The notes under the pieces are model-generated. The model worked only from the letters and a program-made list of their open reading frames with translations, was not told the DNA's origin and ran no database searches. A DNA stretch of 64,000 nt from Macrostomum lignano (lineage: Eukaryota): the NCBI GenBank assembly GCA_002269645.1, contig NIVC01000391.1, forward strand, positions 186,001 to 250,000. Reading direction: 5' to 3'. Below are positions 24,211 through 36,929 of the stretch, piece by piece (positions within the stretch are counted from its first letter, which is position 1; each line of letters begins with the position of its first letter). The translations under genes were made by a program, and so were the position numbers.

Positions 24211-24975
24211 TGCTGCTGTAGTACTCACCAGCTGCTGTAGTACCTCACCTGTTGCTGTAGTACTCACCAGCTGCTGTAGTACCTCACCTGCTGCTGTAGT
24301 ACCTCACCTGCTGTTGTAGTACCTCACCAGCTGCTGTAGTACCTCACCAGCTGCTGTAGTACCTTACATGCTGCTGTAGTACCTCACCTGCTGCTGTAGT
24401 ACCTCACCTGCTGTTGTAGTACCTCACCAGCTGCTGTAGTACCTCACCAGCTGCTGTAGTACCTCACCTGCTGTTGTAGTACCTCACCAGCTGCTGTAGT
24501 ACCTCACCAGCTGCTGTAGTACCTCACCTGCTGTTGTAGTACCTCACCAGCTGCTGTAGTACCTCACCAGCTGCTGTAGTACCTCACCTGCTGTTGTAGT
24601 ACCTCACCTGCTGCTGTAGTACCTCACCTGCTGCTGTAGTACCTCACCTGCTGCTGTAGTACCTCACCTGCTGTTGTAGTACCTCACCAGCTGCTGTAGT
24701 ACCTCACCAGCTGCTGTAGTACCTCACCTGCTGTTGTAGTACCTCACCTGCTGCTGTAGTACCTCACCTGCTGCTGTAGTACCTCACCTGCTGCTGTAGT
24801 ACCTCACCTGCTGTTGTAGTACCTCACCTGCTGCTGTAGTACCTCACCTGCTGCTGTAGTACCTCACCTGCTGCTGTAGTACCTCACATGCTGCTGTAGT
24901 ACCTCACCAGCTGCTGTAGTACCTCACATGCTGCTGTAGTACCTCACCAGCTGCTGTAGTACCTCACCTGCTGCT
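24211..24975. repeat. 20-bp minisatellite, copy 2 (5 units longer than copy 1)
   Basis: Intron is 2155 nt versus 2054 nt in copy 1. Confidence 0.92.
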
Positions 24976-25370
24976 CCATGTAAAATTCAGGTCATGAGTT
25001 ATGGTTGTTTTCTATAGACAAACACACTAAGCTTAGGGCTTTCTTAGAATACATCGAAGCAAGGGTAGTCATGGAAACCACTTATCCATCAGCAAGATCT
25101 CAGACGTCAGGCAAGTATATTTGCCCTAGCTTCCTCTTTTGTAAACCCATAAGTAGCTCAGCCACTCCTTGGGCACACAGAAGAGGCGAATGACTCGCTA
25201 AGTTGTGCCCGAGCGCTTCTCTGGGCTTTTACGTCAATTTTAAAGTCCGTTTTTACACTTTTTTCGTATCTTGAATTGATAAGAAATCATTATCATTTTC
25301 TTAATACTATCCAGGGGTCTTTGCCGTTTTGAGAGCGTTGGGAAATAACTATGACAAGTTATTTGACTCG

Positions 25371-26097
25371 CCCCACACCTCAGAGCGGCCCCACACCTCA
25401 GAGCGTCCCCTCACCCCAGAGCCTCCCCACACCCCAGAGAATCTCACACCTCAGAGCATCCCCACACCTCAGAGCCTCCACACAAATCAGAGTCTCCCCA
25501 CACCTCAGAGCCTCCCCACAGCTCAGAGCCTCCCCACACCTCAGAGCGTCCCCACACCTCAGAGCGTCCACACAAATCAGAGTCTCCCCACACCTCTAAG
25601 TCTCCCACACCTCAGAGCCTCCGCACACCTCAGAGCGTTCCCTCACCTCAGAGCCTCCCCACACCCCAGAGAATCCCACACCTCAGAGCATCCCCACACC
25701 TCAGAGCCTCCACAAAAATCAGAGTCTCCCCACACCTCAGAGCCTCCTCACACCTCAGAGCCTCCCCACACCTCAGAGCCTCCCCACACCTCAGAGCGTC
25801 CCCACACCTCAGAGCGTCCCTACACCTCAGAGCCTCCCCACACCTCAGAGCCTCCCCACACCTCAGAGCCTCCCCACACCTCAGAGCGTCCCCACACCTC
25901 AGAGCGTCCCTACACCTCAGAGCCTCCCCACACCTCAGAGCCTCCCCACACCTCAGAGCGTCCCCACACCTCAGAGCCTCCATACACATCAGAGCCTCCC
26001 CACACCTCCGAGCCTTCACACACATCAAAGCCTCTCCACACCTCAGAGCCTCCACACACATCAGAGCCTCCACACACAACAGAGCCTCCCCACACCT
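25371..26097. repeat. 18-bp minisatellite, copy 2
   Basis: Same as copy 1 plus one C. Confidence 0.92.
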
Positions 26098-27649
26098 GAT
26101 AATAAATAAAATAAAAAAGAACAAATAAAGGTTCAATAAAAGAGAATAACCCAGAACCCGCTTTCTTAACAGCAAGAAAAGAGAAGGTGAGAATTCAGGT
26201 GCGATTGCAAGATTTCAAAAGTGCGTGCCTCGTCATTATGATCCAAATTTGCACCTCTGCCCAAAAATCTACAAATAGCAATTTTCGGGTGCAAACTGCA
26301 CTCAAAATGCACAAGAAACCCAGACCCCAACCCAACTGCTTGGCTACAGGTGGATAGACCAGGACATAATCTACGACCTGACCATGTCGGACAGGCAGGT
26401 TCACTACAGCCCGTCCCGCCTGTCCTGCCTCAAGCTCGCCTGGTCGAGGACGTCCCGAATCGAGCTGCAGAGCGTCAGCGACTCCCTCATCCTGGTGATG
26501 TTCCTCGACCCGCAGCTGCCGCGGCCGTTCGACACCAGCGAAGCCGACATTCAAATCTACAGCGACGGCCCGTTCGACCTGAAGCCCTACGACTGGGACT
26601 TCACCTACGGCACCGACTTCGTCCGGTCGGCCGGCACGCGGCTGTTCTTCGTGCCGAAGGGCCACTACCCCAGCGAGCTGAACACGCAGCTCGTGGTGGG
26701 GCCGGGCCTGCAGCACCGCATCCAGCTGCGCATGCAGGACTTGATCTACGATGAATCTGATTTCGCCGGCCAGTGCACGCCCGGCCAAGCTGACGCCATC
26801 GACTTCGTGAATCCGTACAGCGGGGCCAGGGAGACATTCGAGTTCAGCCAGGGCGCCTGCTGGTACCGGGAGATCGCCCGCCGCTCGCTGGCCCGCTTCA
26901 ACTGCTCCGTGTGGCCGATCCCGCTGGCCTGGGAGTTCCGCCACATGCGCAGCTGCTTCAACCTCACCGAAGACAACTCAAGCTCAGCCGTCCACTTCGC
27001 GCCGCACGTGTTCACCAACGAGCTGCTGGACGCCCGGTCGAACATTTCCAACGAGGCCCGGCGGATCTGCGAGGACCTGAAGCCGTGCCGAAGTCGCGTG
27101 TACTCCTACCAGTACGCCTCCAGCACCTGGCCGAGCGAGCGCACCTTCCAGAACTTCCTGGTGCCCATCATCAACCGGTACATTGTCAACGGGCCGGTGC
27201 CCGCGCCCGGCATGAAATACCTGGCCGAGAACAGCAGCGGCATCGCCGAGGCGCGCGGCTCGCTGACCCAGATTATGATCACCGGGGCGGAGCTGCGCAG
27301 CTCCGAGACGCAGATGGCCCTGGCCTACAGCTTCAACAGCCTCGTGGCCGACGTGGGCGGCCTCCTCGGCCTGTTTCTCGGCATGTCGCTGCTGTCGCTG
27401 ATGGAGCTGTTCGAGCTGCTCCACGACTTTCTGGAGGTGGCCCGACTGCGGTTGCGGCGAAGGCCTCCTCCCACAGCGGCAAACGGCGTGGCGCCGACGG
27501 CTGCTGAACAAGCGGGGCAGGGGCGTCCCAACGAGGGCTTCGACAGCTGCAGCAGCGTCTGCGCTGTCGACGAGCTGTCGCTGCGGTCTGGCATCGGCTG
27601 CAAGCTGAAACCGACAACTAGCCGCTCCATCAGCGAGCAGAATGTTTGA

Positions 27650-27734
27650 ATCTAATCTAATCTAATCTAATCTAATCTAATCTAATCTAATCTAATCTAA
27701 TCTAATCTAATCTAATCTAATCTTATCTAATCTA

Positions 27735-27803
<69 letters not shown>

Positions 27804-28094
27804 AATTTAATCTAATCTCATCAAATCTAAGCTCATCAAATCAAATCTAATCAAATCCAATATAATCTCATCTAATATAATCCCATCTAATCTAATCTAA
27901 TCCAGTTTAATCCAGTCAAACCTAGTCTTATCTAATCTAATCCAATCCAATCTAATCCACTATACTAAAATGGTTTGTCGGTATCTATCTATCTAGTCTA
28001 ATCTAAAATCAATCTAGTCTAATCTAACCAGTTCCAAATCTAATCTAATCTAATTCAAACGAATTCTAAATCTAATCTAATCTAATCTCAAACT
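27650..28094. repeat. (ATCTA)n microsatellite, copy 2
   Basis: 14 perfect units, as in copy 1. Confidence 0.92.
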
Positions 28095-28594
28095 CAAACT
28101 TTGCCTGAAGCTTGTGCACGGGAAGTGCATATACTGTTCCGGCTGGTGCAGACCCTGTGTGAGGGTGTGCGTGCTCCCGGGTCCAGCGGAATGGGCCGAC
28201 TCTTGCCGTGACTTGCAGCAGTGCTCAGAGCCGCCTGAATTTATGACTCTGATGCTTCATTAATTATTAATCACAGACCTTTGTATGAACAAAATTGCCT
28301 GTCACAGAACAATTGTAAATGACGGAACACAAGAAGACATTTAATATCCTCTTTGTCACATCTTCTGGTCTTGGCAGCTGCTTTACCCGTGTGAACCAAA
28401 AAATCTATTTTAAAAGATGTTTTAAAAACTCTGTTCTTATTTTTAAGCAAATTCACTTACGCTCATATTTGTTACTTGTAAGTAGCATGAAGCGAAAATG
28501 TTCTAGGAAATGCTTTACGCTCTGATTGAAGTTTTTATCTGAGTCATTGACCAGAAATCAAAAGTTGTTTTTAAGATATTTTTCTAAGCTTAAA

Positions 28595-29157
28595 GAGTGA
28601 GAAGTGTGAGAGTGGGAAGTGTGAGAGTGAGAAGTGTGAGAGTGAGAAGTGTGAGAGTGAGAAGTGTGAGAGTGAGAAGTGTGAGAGTGAGAAGTGTGAG
28701 AGTGAGAAGTGTGAGAGTGAGAAGTGTGAGAGTGAGAAGTGTGAGAGTGAGAAGTGTGAGAGTGAGAAGTGTGAGAGTGAGAAGTGTGAGAGTGAGAAGT
28801 GTGAGAGTGAGAAGTGTGAGAGTGAGAAGGGCGAGAGTGAGAAGTGTGAGAGTGAGAAGTGTGAGAGTGAGAAGTGTGAGAGTGAGAAGGGCGAGAGTGA
28901 GAAGTGTGAGAGTGAGAAGTGTGAGAGTGAGAAGTGTGAGAGTGAGAAGTGTGAGAGTGAGAAGTGTGAGAGTGAGAAGTGTGAGAGTGAGAAGTGTGAG
29001 AGTGAGAAGTGTGAGAGTGAGAAGTGTGAGAGTGAGAAGTGTGAGAGTGAGAAGTGTGAGAGTGAGAAGTGTGAGAGTGAGAAGTGTGAGAGTGAGAAGT
29101 GTGAGAGTGAGAAGTGTGAGAGTGAGAAGTGTGAGAGTGAGAAGTGTGAGAGTGAGT
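28595..29157. repeat. 15-bp minisatellite, copy 2, cut off at the junction
   Basis: One unit longer than copy 1. Confidence 0.93.
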
Positions 29158-29469
29158 GTGGCCGAAGCCTACAGGCGCTTCGTCAGTCGCGAGGTGTCCA
29201 CAACGATCAAGGCCAGGGCGTTGGACTTCGAGTTCCCGGACATCTACGCCTGCAGTCAAATTCCTGTGTCCGGAAGCTACTCGTCCACGCTCAACCCCGC
29301 CGGGGCTGAGACGCTGAGAAAATACCGACAGCTGGTGAACTACAGCTTGGTGGATTACAGGGGAGTCGATGTGGAATATTACCTGGATAGCTACGCTGTG
29401 CGCTTGGTCAACAGCCTACCTTACCGGTTCCTTATTGACGAGATGGCTCACAGGTGAGTTCAGGCTCCC

Positions 29470-30234
29470 TGCTGCTGTAGTACTCACCAGCTGCTGTAGT
29501 ACCTCACCTGTTGCTGTAGTACTCACCAGCTGCTGTAGTACCTCACCTGCTGCTGTAGTACCTCACCTGCTGTTGTAGTACCTCACCAGCTGCTGTAGTA
29601 CCTCACCAGCTGCTGTAGTACCTTACATGCTGCTGTAGTACCTCACCTGCTGCTGTAGTACCTCACCTGCTGTTGTAGTACCTCACCAGCTGCTGTAGTA
29701 CCTCACCAGCTGCTGTAGTACCTCACCTGCTGTTGTAGTACCTCACCAGCTGCTGTAGTACCTCACCAGCTGCTGTAGTACCTCACCTGCTGTTGTAGTA
29801 CCTCACCAGCTGCTGTAGTACCTCACCAGCTGCTGTAGTACCTCACCTGCTGTTGTAGTACCTCACCTGCTGCTGTAGTACCTCACCTGCTGCTGTAGTA
29901 CCTCACCTGCTGCTGTAGTACCTCACCTGCTGTTGTAGTACCTCACCAGCTGCTGTAGTACCTCACCAGCTGCTGTAGTACCTCACCTGCTGTTGTAGTA
30001 CCTCACCTGCTGCTGTAGTACCTCACCTGCTGCTGTAGTACCTCACCTGCTGCTGTAGTACCTCACCTGCTGTTGTAGTACCTCACCTGCTGCTGTAGTA
30101 CCTCACCTGCTGCTGTAGTACCTCACCTGCTGCTGTAGTACCTCACATGCTGCTGTAGTACCTCACCAGCTGCTGTAGTACCTCACATGCTGCTGTAGTA
30201 CCTCACCAGCTGCTGTAGTACCTCACCTGCTGCT
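29470..30234. repeat. 20-bp minisatellite, copy 3 (same length as copy 2)
   Basis: Shares the CCTTACATG variant with copy 2. Confidence 0.92.
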
Positions 30235-30629
30235 CCATGTAAAATTCAGGTCATGAGTTATGGTTGTTTTCTATAGACAAACACACTAAGCTTAGGGCTT
30301 TCTTAGAATACATCGAAGCAAGGGTAGTCATGGAAACCACTTATCCATCAGCAAGATCTCAGACGTCAGGCAAGTATATTTGCCCTAGCTTCCTCTTTTG
30401 TAAACCCATAAGTAGCTCAGCCACTCCTTGGGCACACAGAAGAGGCGAATGACTCGCTAAGTTGTGCCCGAGCGCTTCTCTGGGCTTTTACGTCAATTTT
30501 AAAGTCCGTTTTTACACTTTTTTCGTATCTTGAATTGATAAGAAATCATTATCATTTTCTTAATACTATCCAGGGGTCTTTGCCGTTTTGAGAGCGTTGG
30601 GAAATAACTATGACAAGTTATTTGACTCG

Positions 30630-31266
30630 CCCCACACCTCAGAGCGGCCCCACACCTCAGAGCGTCCCCTCACCCCAGAGCCTCCCCACACCCCAGAGAA
30701 TCTCACACCTCAGAGCATCCCCACACCTCAGAGCCTCCACACAAATCAGAGTCTCCCCACACCTCAGAGCCTCCCCACAGCTCAGAGCCTCCCCACACCT
30801 CAGAGCGTCCCCACACCTCAGAGCGTCCACACAAATCAGAGTCTCCCCACACCTCTAAGTCTCCCACACCTCAGAGCCTCCGCACACCTCAGAGCGTTCC
30901 CTCACCTCAGAGCCTCCCCACACCCCAGAGAATCCCACACCTCAGAGCATCCCCACACCTCAGAGCCTCCACAAAAATCAGAGTCTCCCCACACCTCAGA
31001 GCCTCCTCACACCTCAGAGCCTCCCCACACCTCAGAGCCTCCCCACACCTCAGAGCGTCCCCACACCTCAGAGCGTCCCTACACCTCAGAGCCTCCCCAC
31101 ACCTCAGAGCCTCCCCACACCTCAGAGCGTCCCCACACCTCAGAGCCTCCATACACATCAGAGCCTCCCCACACCTCCGAGCCTTCACACACATCAAAGC
31201 CTCTCCACACCTCAGAGCCTCCACACACATCAGAGCCTCCACACACAACAGAGCCTCCCCACACCT
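30630..31266. repeat. 18-bp minisatellite, copy 3 (5 units shorter)
   Basis: Intron is 2065 nt. Confidence 0.92.
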
Positions 31267-32817
31267 GATAATAAATAAAATAAAAAAGAACAAATAAAGG
31301 TTCAATAAAAGAGAATAACCCAGAACCCGCTTTCTTAACAGCAAGAAAAGAGAAGGTGAGAATTCAGGTGCGATTGCAAGATTTCAAAAGTGCGTGCCTC
31401 GTCATTATGATCCAAATTTGCACCTCTGCCCAAAAATCTACAAATAGCAATTTTCGGGTGCAAACTGCACTCAAAATGCACAAGAAACCCAGACCCCAAC
31501 CCAACTGCTTGGCTACAGGTGGATAGACCAGGACATAATCTACGACCTGACCATGTCGGACAGGCAGGTTCACTACAGCCCGTCCCGCCTGTCCTGCCTC
31601 AAGCTCGCCTGGTCGAGGACGTCCCGAATCGAGCTGCAGAGCGTCAGCGACTCCCTCATCCTGGTGATGTTCCTCGACCCGCAGCTGCCGCGGCCGTTCG
31701 ACACCAGCGAAGCCGACATTCAAATCTACAGCGACGGCCCGTTCGACCTGAAGCCCTACGACTGGGACTTCACCTACGGCACCGACTTCGTCCGGTCGGC
31801 CGGCACGCGGCTGTTCTTCGTGCCGAAGGGCCACTACCCCAGCGAGCTGAACACGCAGCTCGTGGTGGGGCCGGGCCTGCAGCACCGCATCCAGCTGCGC
31901 ATGCAGGACTTGATCTACGATGAATCTGATTTCGCCGGCCAGTGCACGCCCGGCCAAGCTGACGCCATCGACTTCGTGAATCCGTACAGCGGGGCCAGGG
32001 AGACATTCGAGTTCAGCCAGGGCGCCTGCTGGTACCGGGAGATCGCCCGCCGCTCGCTGGCCCGCTTCAACTGCTCCGTGTGGCCGATCCCGCTGGCCTG
32101 GGAGTTCCGCCACATGCGCAGCTGCTTCAACCTCACCGAAGACAACTCAAGCTCAGCCGTCCACTTCGCGCCGCACGTGTTCACCAACGAGCTGCTGGAC
32201 GCCCGGTCGAACATTTCCAACGAGGCCCGGCGGATCTGCGAGGACCTGAAGCCGTGCCGAAGTCGCGTGTACTCCTACCAGTACGCCTCCAGCACCTGGC
32301 CGAGCGAGCGCACCTTCCAGAACTTCCTGGTGCCCATCATCAACCGGTACATTGTCAACGGGCCGGTGCCCGCGCCCGGCATGAAATACCTGGCCGAGAA
32401 CAGCAGCGGCATCGCCGAGGCGCGCGGCTCGCTGACCCAGATTATGATCACCGGGCGGAGCTGCGCAGCTCCGAGACGCAGATGGCCCTGGCCTACAGCT
32501 TCAACAGCCTCGTGGCCGACGTGGGCGGCCTCCTCGGCCTGTTTCTCGGCATGTCGCTGCTGTCGCTGATGGAGCTGTTCGAGCTGCTCCACGACTTTCT
32601 GGAGGTGGCCCGACTGCGGTTGCGGCGAAGGCCTCCTCCCACAGCGGCAAACGGCGTGGCGCCGACGGCTGCTGAACAAGCGGGGCAGGGGCGTCCCAAC
32701 GAGGGCTTCGACAGCTGCAGCAGCGTCTGCGCTGTCGACGAGCTGTCGCTGCGGTCTGGCATCGGCTGCAAGCTGAAACCGACAACTAGCCGCTCCATCA
32801 GCGAGCAGAATGTTTGA

Positions 32818-32892
32818 ATCTAATCTAATCTAATCTAATCTAATCTAATCTAATCTAATCTAATCTAATCTAATCTAATCTTATCTAATCTA

Positions 32893-32961
<69 letters not shown>

Positions 32962-33253
32962 AATTTAATCTAATCTCATCAAATCTAAGCTCATCAAATC
33001 AAATCTAATCAAATCCAATATAATCTCATCTAATATAATCCCATCTAATCTAATCTAATCCAGTTTAATCCAGTCAAACCTAGTCTTATCTAATCTAATC
33101 CAATCCAATCTAATCCACTATACTAAAATGGTTTGTCGGTATCTATCTATCTAGTCTAATCTAAAATCAATCTAGTCTAATCTAACCAGTTCCAAATCTA
33201 ATCTAATCTAATTCAAACGAATTCTAAATCTAATCTAATCTAATCTCAAACTC
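32818..33253. repeat. (ATCTA)n microsatellite, copy 3
   Basis: 12 perfect units. Confidence 0.9.
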
Positions 33254-33752
33254 AAACTTTGCCTGAAGCTTGTGCACGGGAAGTGCATATACTGTTCCGG
33301 CTGGTGCAGACCCTGTGTGAGGGTGTGCGTGCTCCCGGGTCCAGCGGAATGGGCCGACTCTTGCCGTGACTTGCAGCAGTGCTCAGAGCCGCCTGAATTT
33401 ATGACTCTGATGCTTCATTAATTATTAATCACAGACCTTTGTATGAACAAAATTGCCTGTCACAGAACAATTGTAAATGACGGAACACAAGAAGACATTT
33501 AATATCCTCTTTGTCACATCTTCTGGTCTTGGCAGCTGCTTTACCCGTGTGAACCAAAAAATCTATTTTAAAAGATGTTTTAAAAACTCTGTTCTTATTT
33601 TTAAGCAAATTCACTTACGCTCATATTTGTTACTTGTAAGTAGCATGAAGCGAAAATGTTCTAGGAAATGCTTTACGCTCTGATTGAAGTTTTTATCTGA
33701 GTCATTGACCAGAAATCAAAAGTTGTTTTTAAGATATTTTTCTAAGCTTAAA

Positions 33753-35100
33753 GAGTGAGAAGTGTGAGAGTGGGAAGTGTGAGAGTGAGAAGTGTGAGAG
33801 TGAGAAGTGTGAGAGTGAGAAGTGTGAGAGTGAGAAGTGTGAGAGTGAGAAGTGTGAGAGTGAGAAGTGTGAGAGTGAGAAGTGTGAGAGTGAGAAGTGT
33901 GAGAGTGAGAAGTGTGAGAGTGAGAAGTGTGAGAGTGAGAAGTGTGAGAGTGAGAAGTGTGAGAGTGAGAAGTGTGAGAGTGAGAAGTGTGAGAGTGAGA
34001 AGTGTGAGAGTGAGAAGTGTGAGAGTGAGAAGTGTGAGAGTGAGAAGTGTGAGAGTGAGAAGTGTGAGAGTGAGAAGTGTGAGAGTGAGAAGTGTGAGAG
34101 TGAGAAGGGCGAGAGTGAGAAGTGTGAGAGTGAGAAGTGTGAGAGTGAGAAGGGCGAGAGTGAGAAGTGTGAGAGTGAGAAGTGTGAGAGTGAGAAGGGC
34201 GAGAGTGAGAAGTGTGAGAGTGAGAAGTGTGAGAGTGAGAAGTGTGAGAGTGAGAAGTGTGAGAGTGAGAAGTGGGAGAGTGAGAAGTGTGAGAGTGAGA
34301 AGTGTGAGAGTGAGAAGTGTGAGAGTGAGAAGTGTGAGAGTGAGAAGTGTGAGAGTGAGAAGTGTGAGAGTGAGAAGTGTGAGAGTGAGAAGTGTGAGAG
34401 TGAGAAGTGTGAGAGTGAGAAGTGTGAGAGTGAGAAGTGTGAGAGTGAGAAGTGTGAGAGTGAGAAGTGTGAGAGTGAGAAGGGCGAGAGTGAGAAGTGT
34501 GAGAGTGAGAAGTGTGAGAGTGAGAAGGGCGAGAGTGAGAAGTGTGAGAGTGAGAAGTGTGAGAGTGAGAAGTGTGAGAGTGAGAAGTGTGAGAGTGAGA
34601 AGTGGGAGAGTGAGAAGTGTGAGAGTGGGAAGCGTGAGAGTGAGAAGTGTGAGAGTGAGAAGTCTGAGAGTGAGAAGTGGGAGAGTGAGAAGTGTGAGAG
34701 TGAGAAGTGTGAGAGTGAGAAGTGTGAGAGTGAGAAGTGTGAGAGTGAGAAGTGTGAGAGTGAGAAGTGTGAGAGTGAGAAGTGTGAGAGTGAGAAGTGT
34801 GAGAGTGAGAAGTGTGAGAGTGAGAAGTGTGAGAGTGAGAAGTGTGAGAGTGAGAAGTGTGAGAGTGAGAAGTGTGAGAGTGAGAAGTGTGAGAGTGAGA
34901 AGTGTGAAATTGAGAATTGTGAGAATGAGAAGCGTGAGAGTGAGAAGTGTGAGAGTGAGAAGGGTGAGAGTGAGAAGTGTGAGAGTGAGAAGTCTGAGAG
35001 TGAGAAGTGGGAGAGTGAGAAGTGTGAGAGTGAGAAGTGTGAGAGTGAGAAGTGTGAGAGTGAGAAGTGTGAGAGTGAGAAGTGTGAGAGTGAGAAGTGT
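33753..35100. repeat. 15-bp minisatellite with its native right end, ~90 units, between the convergent genes
   Basis: Ends 70 nt from the stop of the minus-strand gene. Confidence 0.95.
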
Positions 35101-35169
35101 ATATTGGCTCTGACTGCCATCCTGCATATACATTTACGTGCCCAGTGTCTGTCTGAAATGAAAGCTGGA

Positions 35170-35595
35170 CTAAACTAGCATAGCAAAGAATCCTACTGCT
35201 ATTATTATTGTCTGTGGCTGTGCTCCCGGCAGGCGCAGCCACAGGCACAGCAGGGCCATGGCCGCCACGGCAGCTGCTGTCGGCCTGAAGTCGCCGCAGC
35301 CATCGTAGTCGTAGTCAAACTGATTGGCAGCTTTGGCCTTGGCGCCTTTCTTCTTCTCGTCCTTCGAATCGCTGGCCGCGGTGGCGTTGGCCAGTGTCCT
35401 CCGCCGTGCTGCTTTGCTGCCAGCCGGCCCGATCACCCGCCCGACGGCGGCTGGCTGGCCCTGCGACAGCGCGGCAAAGTCAACGCCGCTGGAGGGCTCC
35501 GCCAAGGCGCGCTGCGAGTCAGGGATATTGCACAGCGACGTTTTGCACGTCTTGCAGCCCGTCCAGCCCTTGCCGCAGCCAGCGTGGTACCGGTT
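35170..35595 (-). CDS. Two-domain three-finger (Ly6/uPAR-like) cell-surface protein, copy A, exon 4 (last); model complement(join(35170..35595,36685..36909,38438..38592,39061..39097)), 280 aa
   Basis: Acceptor CCAACCAG|AAC; encodes [23 protein letters not shown], an Ala/Lys-rich stalk and the hydrophobic tail [29 protein letters not shown], then TAG. Confidence 0.8.
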   Translation of the reverse strand, partial: NRYHAGCGKGWTGCKTCKTSLCNIPDSQRALAEPSSGVDFAALSQGQPAAVGRVIGPAGSKAARRRTLANATAASDSKDEKKKGAKAKAANQFDYDYDGCGDFRPTAAAVAAMALLCLWLRLPGAQPQTIIIAVGFFAMLV

Positions 35596-35619
35596 CTGGT
35601 TGGGGTGACGTTTGGTTTG

Positions 35620-36612
35620 GTTAGATTGGATTAGATTGGATTAGATTGGATTAGATTGGATTAGATTAGATTAGATTTGATTGGATTGGATTGGATTGGA
35701 TTGGATTAGATTGGATTGGATTGAATTAGATTGGATTGGATTGGATTGGATTGGATTAGATTGGATTAGATTGGATTAGATTGGATTATATTGGATTGGA
35801 TTGGATTGGATTGGATTGGATTAGATTGGATTAGATTGGATTAGATTGGATTATATTGGATTGGATTGGATTGGATTGGATTAGATTGGATTATATTGGA
35901 TTGGATTGGATTAGATTAGATTGGATTAGATTGGATTAGATTGGATTAGATTGGATTGGATTGGATTAGATTGGATTATATTGGATTGGATTGGATTAGA
36001 TTAGATTGGATTAGATTGGATTAGATTGGATTAGATTGGATTGGATTGGATTAGATTGGATTGGATTGGATTAGATTAAATTGGATTAGATTGGATTAGA
36101 TTGGATTATATTGGATTATATTGGATTAGATTGGATTGGATTGGATTAGATTGGATTGGATTGGATTACATTGGATTGGATTGGATTAGATTAAATTGGA
36201 TTAGATTGGATCTGATTGGATTAGATTGGATTGGATTAGATTGGATTAGATTGGATTGGATTGGATTAGATTAGATTGGATTGGATTGGATTGGATTGGA
36301 TTGGATTAGATTGGATTGGATTGGATTAGATTGGATTGGATTGGATTGGATTGGATTAGATTAGATTGGATTAGATTGGATTAGATTGGATTAGATTGGA
36401 TTGGATTGGATTAGATTGGATTGCATTGGATTAGATTGGATTGGATTGGATTAGATTAAATTGGATTAGGTTGGATTAGATTGGATTAGATTGGATTGGA
36501 TTGGATTAGATTGGATTGGATTAGATTGGATTAGATTGGATTAGATTGGATTAGATTAGATTGGATTGGATTAGATTGGATTGGATTGGATTAGATTAGA
36601 TTAGATTAGATT
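35620..36612. repeat. (ATTGG/ATTAG)n pentamer array filling intron 3 of the three-finger gene, copy A
   Basis: Read directly. Confidence 0.95.
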
Positions 36613-36684
36613 AAATATATTATATAAGATTAGAGTTAATTAAGCTGTAATAAATTGACACAGCTGTTCAGAAATTTTGCTCAC

Positions 36685-36909
36685 CTCATTATACTTGTTC
36701 TTGTACTCCAAATGGTAGCAGGTTCCAGCATCTTTGGAGCACCAGACCCTCTTTTTTCCGATATTAGCTTCATCGTCGGCAAAGTAACAAAGCAGGTTGT
36801 TCTGCGTGATCTTCTTGGCCAGTTGAAAGTTGCAAAGCGGCGTGTTGCAGGTCTTGCATTCCGAATCAAACGACCATTTAACGCAAGCTGTGCAGCCTGA
36901 TGAGTACTT
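36685..36909 (-). CDS. Three-finger protein copy A, exon 3
   Basis: Acceptor CTGCAG|AAG, donor GAG|GTGAGC, 225 nt, phase 0/0; [47 protein letters not shown]. Confidence 0.85.
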
Positions 36910-36929
36910 CTGCAGTGGCGAGGGCGAGG

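Larger units (their letters stand above)
23899..27649 (+). pseudogene. DEG/ENaC copy 2: 5'-truncated (exon-1 remnant 23899..24194, intact exon 2 26350..27649)
   Basis: Lacks the ATG, the HS motif and most of TM1; the remaining translation is identical to copy 1. Confidence 0.85.
29158..32817 (+). pseudogene. DEG/ENaC copy 3: 5'-truncated (exon-1 remnant 29158..29453, exon 2 31519..32817) with a 1-nt frameshift before TM2
   Basis: ACCGGGCGG at 32450-32458 versus ACCGGGGCGG in copies 1 and 2; may be a sequencing error. Confidence 0.85.
18756..35100. repeat. Tandem triplication of a ~5.2-kb unit (units start 18756, 23899, 29158)
   Basis: Identical exon and unique intron sequence recurs at +5143 and +5259; both junctions read ...GAGAGTGAGT|GTGGCCGAAGCC. 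Confidence 0.95.

Noticed and set aside
33716-35248. (SHSHT)n, (LSHFS)n, (LTLTL)n and (RSVRV)n ORFs of 450-510 aa
   Set aside because: The 15-bp unit has no stop in these frames; nothing else indicates coding.
32818-36612. (ATCTA)n and (ATTAG/ATTGG)n as inverted repeats of a mobile element or a circRNA-promoting pair
   Set aside because: They are simple pentamer repeats with no defined termini, and the enclosed exon is terminal with no donor for back-splicing.
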